From the NCBI GenBank assembly GCA_011109175.1, contig RDEW01000020.1, positions 893,468 to 926,421 of the forward strand: a stretch of 32,954 nt of DNA, written 5' to 3'. Shown one piece after another: positions 30,822 through 32,954 of the stretch. The first letter of the stretch is position 1; the number at the start of each line of letters is the position of its first letter. Made by a program: the position numbers and the translations under genes. The notes below the pieces were generated by a model. The model worked only from the letters and a program-made list of their open reading frames with translations. It was not told the origin of the DNA and did not search any database. Origin of the DNA: Dicyema japonicum (Eukaryota; Animalia; Dicyemida).

Positions 30822-32640
30822 AAGGCCTCACGAGCATGGCCGGAATTCTTGTAAATAGAGAATTCAGGTAGAGAGTGTAGAAACTTTTTGACATAGGAGC
30901 TACCAGCCACTAGCGATGATAGGTATGAAGGGAGAAAAAGCTCCACAAGGTTCCGAATTCCAAGTCCTCCAAGTCTCAATGGCAGCCTGGCTTGCTTCCA
31001 TAAGTAATCTTCGAACCGGACGTTGAAAATACGTTCTGCTGTCGTACGGAAGATCTGGTTAATCTATGCTAGTTGCTCACACAGAGTGAAGTAGGGAGCA
31101 GTCCTCACGACATATGTAGGCCTCTGTACGTTGAAACTGTTTTTCAAAAGGAATAATGCTGTATGCAAGTCAAGTATACACAAGCGGTCCAGAGTCTTTC
31201 CGAGTAACAGTTGTTATTCAGGCATTGCTATTCCCATCGAGTTTATGGTGATTTAGGATCCGAAGTATGTAATTTTTTCATTGGGTGTGGAAATACTTCC
31301 AGGCAGTAAATTTCCGAAACATTATAATACTTTAAAATACTTCTTTTTTGAAAGTCCGTAATTGTAGATTTCGCATTTAAATGTATTTTAATTCTAGTCC
31401 AGCTTCCAACAATAATAGAAGTATCACTTCCAAATCCCGAAAAATAGTATCCCGGGGTCCTCCGAGGACCGCATTATCCAGAAACCATAAGCTGAGCAGC
31501 GAGCGCGGAAGTTTGGTGATATTCTCTTTTGCAAGACAAAACAATAGGGGTCTAAGGGGATCTCCCTGTTGCACTCCAGAATATGAATAGATTAGGTAGT
31601 CACCGAAAAGTAAAAATGAAGGTAGGTTGCATGACTGATTCATAAATTCAAAAATATTATGGGATCTCTCAACACACGCCTCCAGGAAATTGTTCCTTCT
31701 TACACTATTAAAGGCGTTCTTGATGTCCAGTTTGACCAGGATATGTGCCCGGGAATTTTCTATATGCGATTTATGAATGACCTCACTTAATGTACAGCGC
31801 CCTCGCATTCCAAGCGAAAACAAACTCCTACTTAAGAAGAGTTCAAGAATTATGTGACGAGTGGAATAGANNNNNNNNNNNNNNNNNNNNNNNNNNNNNN
31901 NNNNNNNNNNNNNNNNNNNNNNNNNNNNNNNNNNNNNNNNNNNNNNNNNNNNNNNNNNNNNNNNNNNNNNNNNNCCAGGAAATTGTCCCTTCTTACACTA
32001 TTAAAGGCGTTCTTGATGTCCAGTTTGACCAGGACATGTGCCCGGGAATTTTCTATATACAATTTATGAATGACCTTACTGAATGTACAGCGCCCTCGCA
32101 TTCCAAGCGAAAACAAACGCCTACTTGAGAGGAGTTCAAGAATTATGTGACGAGTGGAATAGATTATCTGGAGGTAATTTTAGCAGCCCCTTTTCTGAAG
32201 ACAAACCGACCGGANCGCATTCCAAGCGAATACAAACGCCTACTTGAGAGGAGTTCAAGAATTATGTGACTAGTGGAATAGATTATCTGGAGGTAATTTT
32301 AGAAGCCCCTTTTCTGAAGACAAACCGACCGGAACTGGTCGTACTCCGCCGCCCTTCTTATCGAAGGCTATCAAATTGGCGGATAACAGGAAAAGGCGGG
32401 AAGAACTCAAGACAGGATCCGGTACATAAGTGGAGTAGTTGAATTCGTAGGACAAAGTCCTGATCTCTTACGGACAAAGAGGTTAGATCCTTCAGGTAGC
32501 CAGGTCTCATTCCGTCGAGCCCACTACTGCTGGAGCAAAATTACGTATTGCGAGGAGAACTTAAATCGTTTGATGCAATCAGGGGACTCACTCCAAATGG
32601 GGGAGCGACTTGGCGTAGGTTTTTGGAATGCCAGTGGATG
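30822..32640 (-). mobile_element. CRE-like non-LTR retrotransposon RT region, degenerate, with gap-associated duplicated segments
   Basis: SSGLDGMRPGYLKDL, NLIAFDKKGGGVRPVPVG, LVKLDIKNAFNSVRR, SGVQQGDPLRPLLF, LWFLDN, WKQARLPLRLGGLGIR. Confidence 0.88.
31871..31974. other. Assembly gap (N run)
   Basis: Continuous Ns. Confidence 1.
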
Positions 32641-32689
32641 CTTGTTCAGTAAAATTTTGTATGCGTCTAGAGTCAGTAAAATATTGTAT

Positions 32690-32954
32690 GCGTCTGGAAC
32701 AGAAGCATTCAATCAGCGACTCAGTTGGCTTATCATATGCTCCACAACTTGGAACTATAGCTCTCGAAGCGGAGAGTTGCAGCAAAGTCCTTTGTCTCAC
32801 TGTTTACCACCTACAAGAGACAGCTCTGTATCGAAACAAAAGTCTTTATGAAGAACGAAGCTATCTCTATTAACAAAACACCGAAGATTCTGGGAGTTAC
32901 CTTTGATCAGGGACGGACCTTTAACCGGCATGTTGAAAACAGAGTAACTTCTGC
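32690..32954 (+). mobile_element. I-group non-LTR RT fragment (post-YADD), runs off the window edge
   Basis: AAKSFVSLFTTYKRQL...INKTPKILGVTFDQGRTFNRHVEN (plus-strand frame not in the ORF track). Confidence 0.75.

Noticed and set aside
30197-30979. Long ORFs spanning the N gap (260 aa, 208 aa)
   Set aside because: Artefacts of translating through Ns.
31683-32335. Tandem near-identical 120-190 bp repeats (31683-31870 ~ 31975-32162; 32095-32214 ~ 32216-32335) as a repeat array or CRISPR-like locus
   Set aside because: They are overlapping pieces of the CRE RT coding region abutting an N gap and a single N, which is typical of scaffolding or haplotype redundancy. There are no spacers.

Overview
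AT-rich animal nuclear DNA, not prokaryotic. Five host genes can be reconstructed by hand: a FERM-domain protein, a SIK/MARK-like kinase, a minimal HES-type bHLH-WRPW factor, a CD225/dispanin-like membrane protein and condensin SMC4. All but the dispanin-like gene are split by very small introns, almost all 21-26 nt. That architecture is typical of dicyemid mesozoans; the taxon is an inference. About half the window is decayed mobile DNA: CRE-like, R4/NeSL-like, RTE-like and I-group (Ingi/Vingi-like) non-LTR fragments, two tRNA-SINE copies, pogo and Tc1 transposons, and integrase relics. The standout is a ~2 kb degenerate narnavirus-type RNA-dependent RNA polymerase (about 1140-3200, motifs F/A/B/C in order) lying between retrotransposon fragments. 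It looks like an endogenised capsidless RNA virus in an animal genome. Other points: degenerate 2A-like ribosome-skipping motifs in two I-group elements, Glu at the LKB1 phospho-Thr position of the kinase, and several apparent 1-nt lesions or non-canonical splice sites in host genes, most likely assembly errors. All assignments come from manual translation and motif recall; no searches were run. Most short ORFs in the supplied track are off-frame or antisense by-products.
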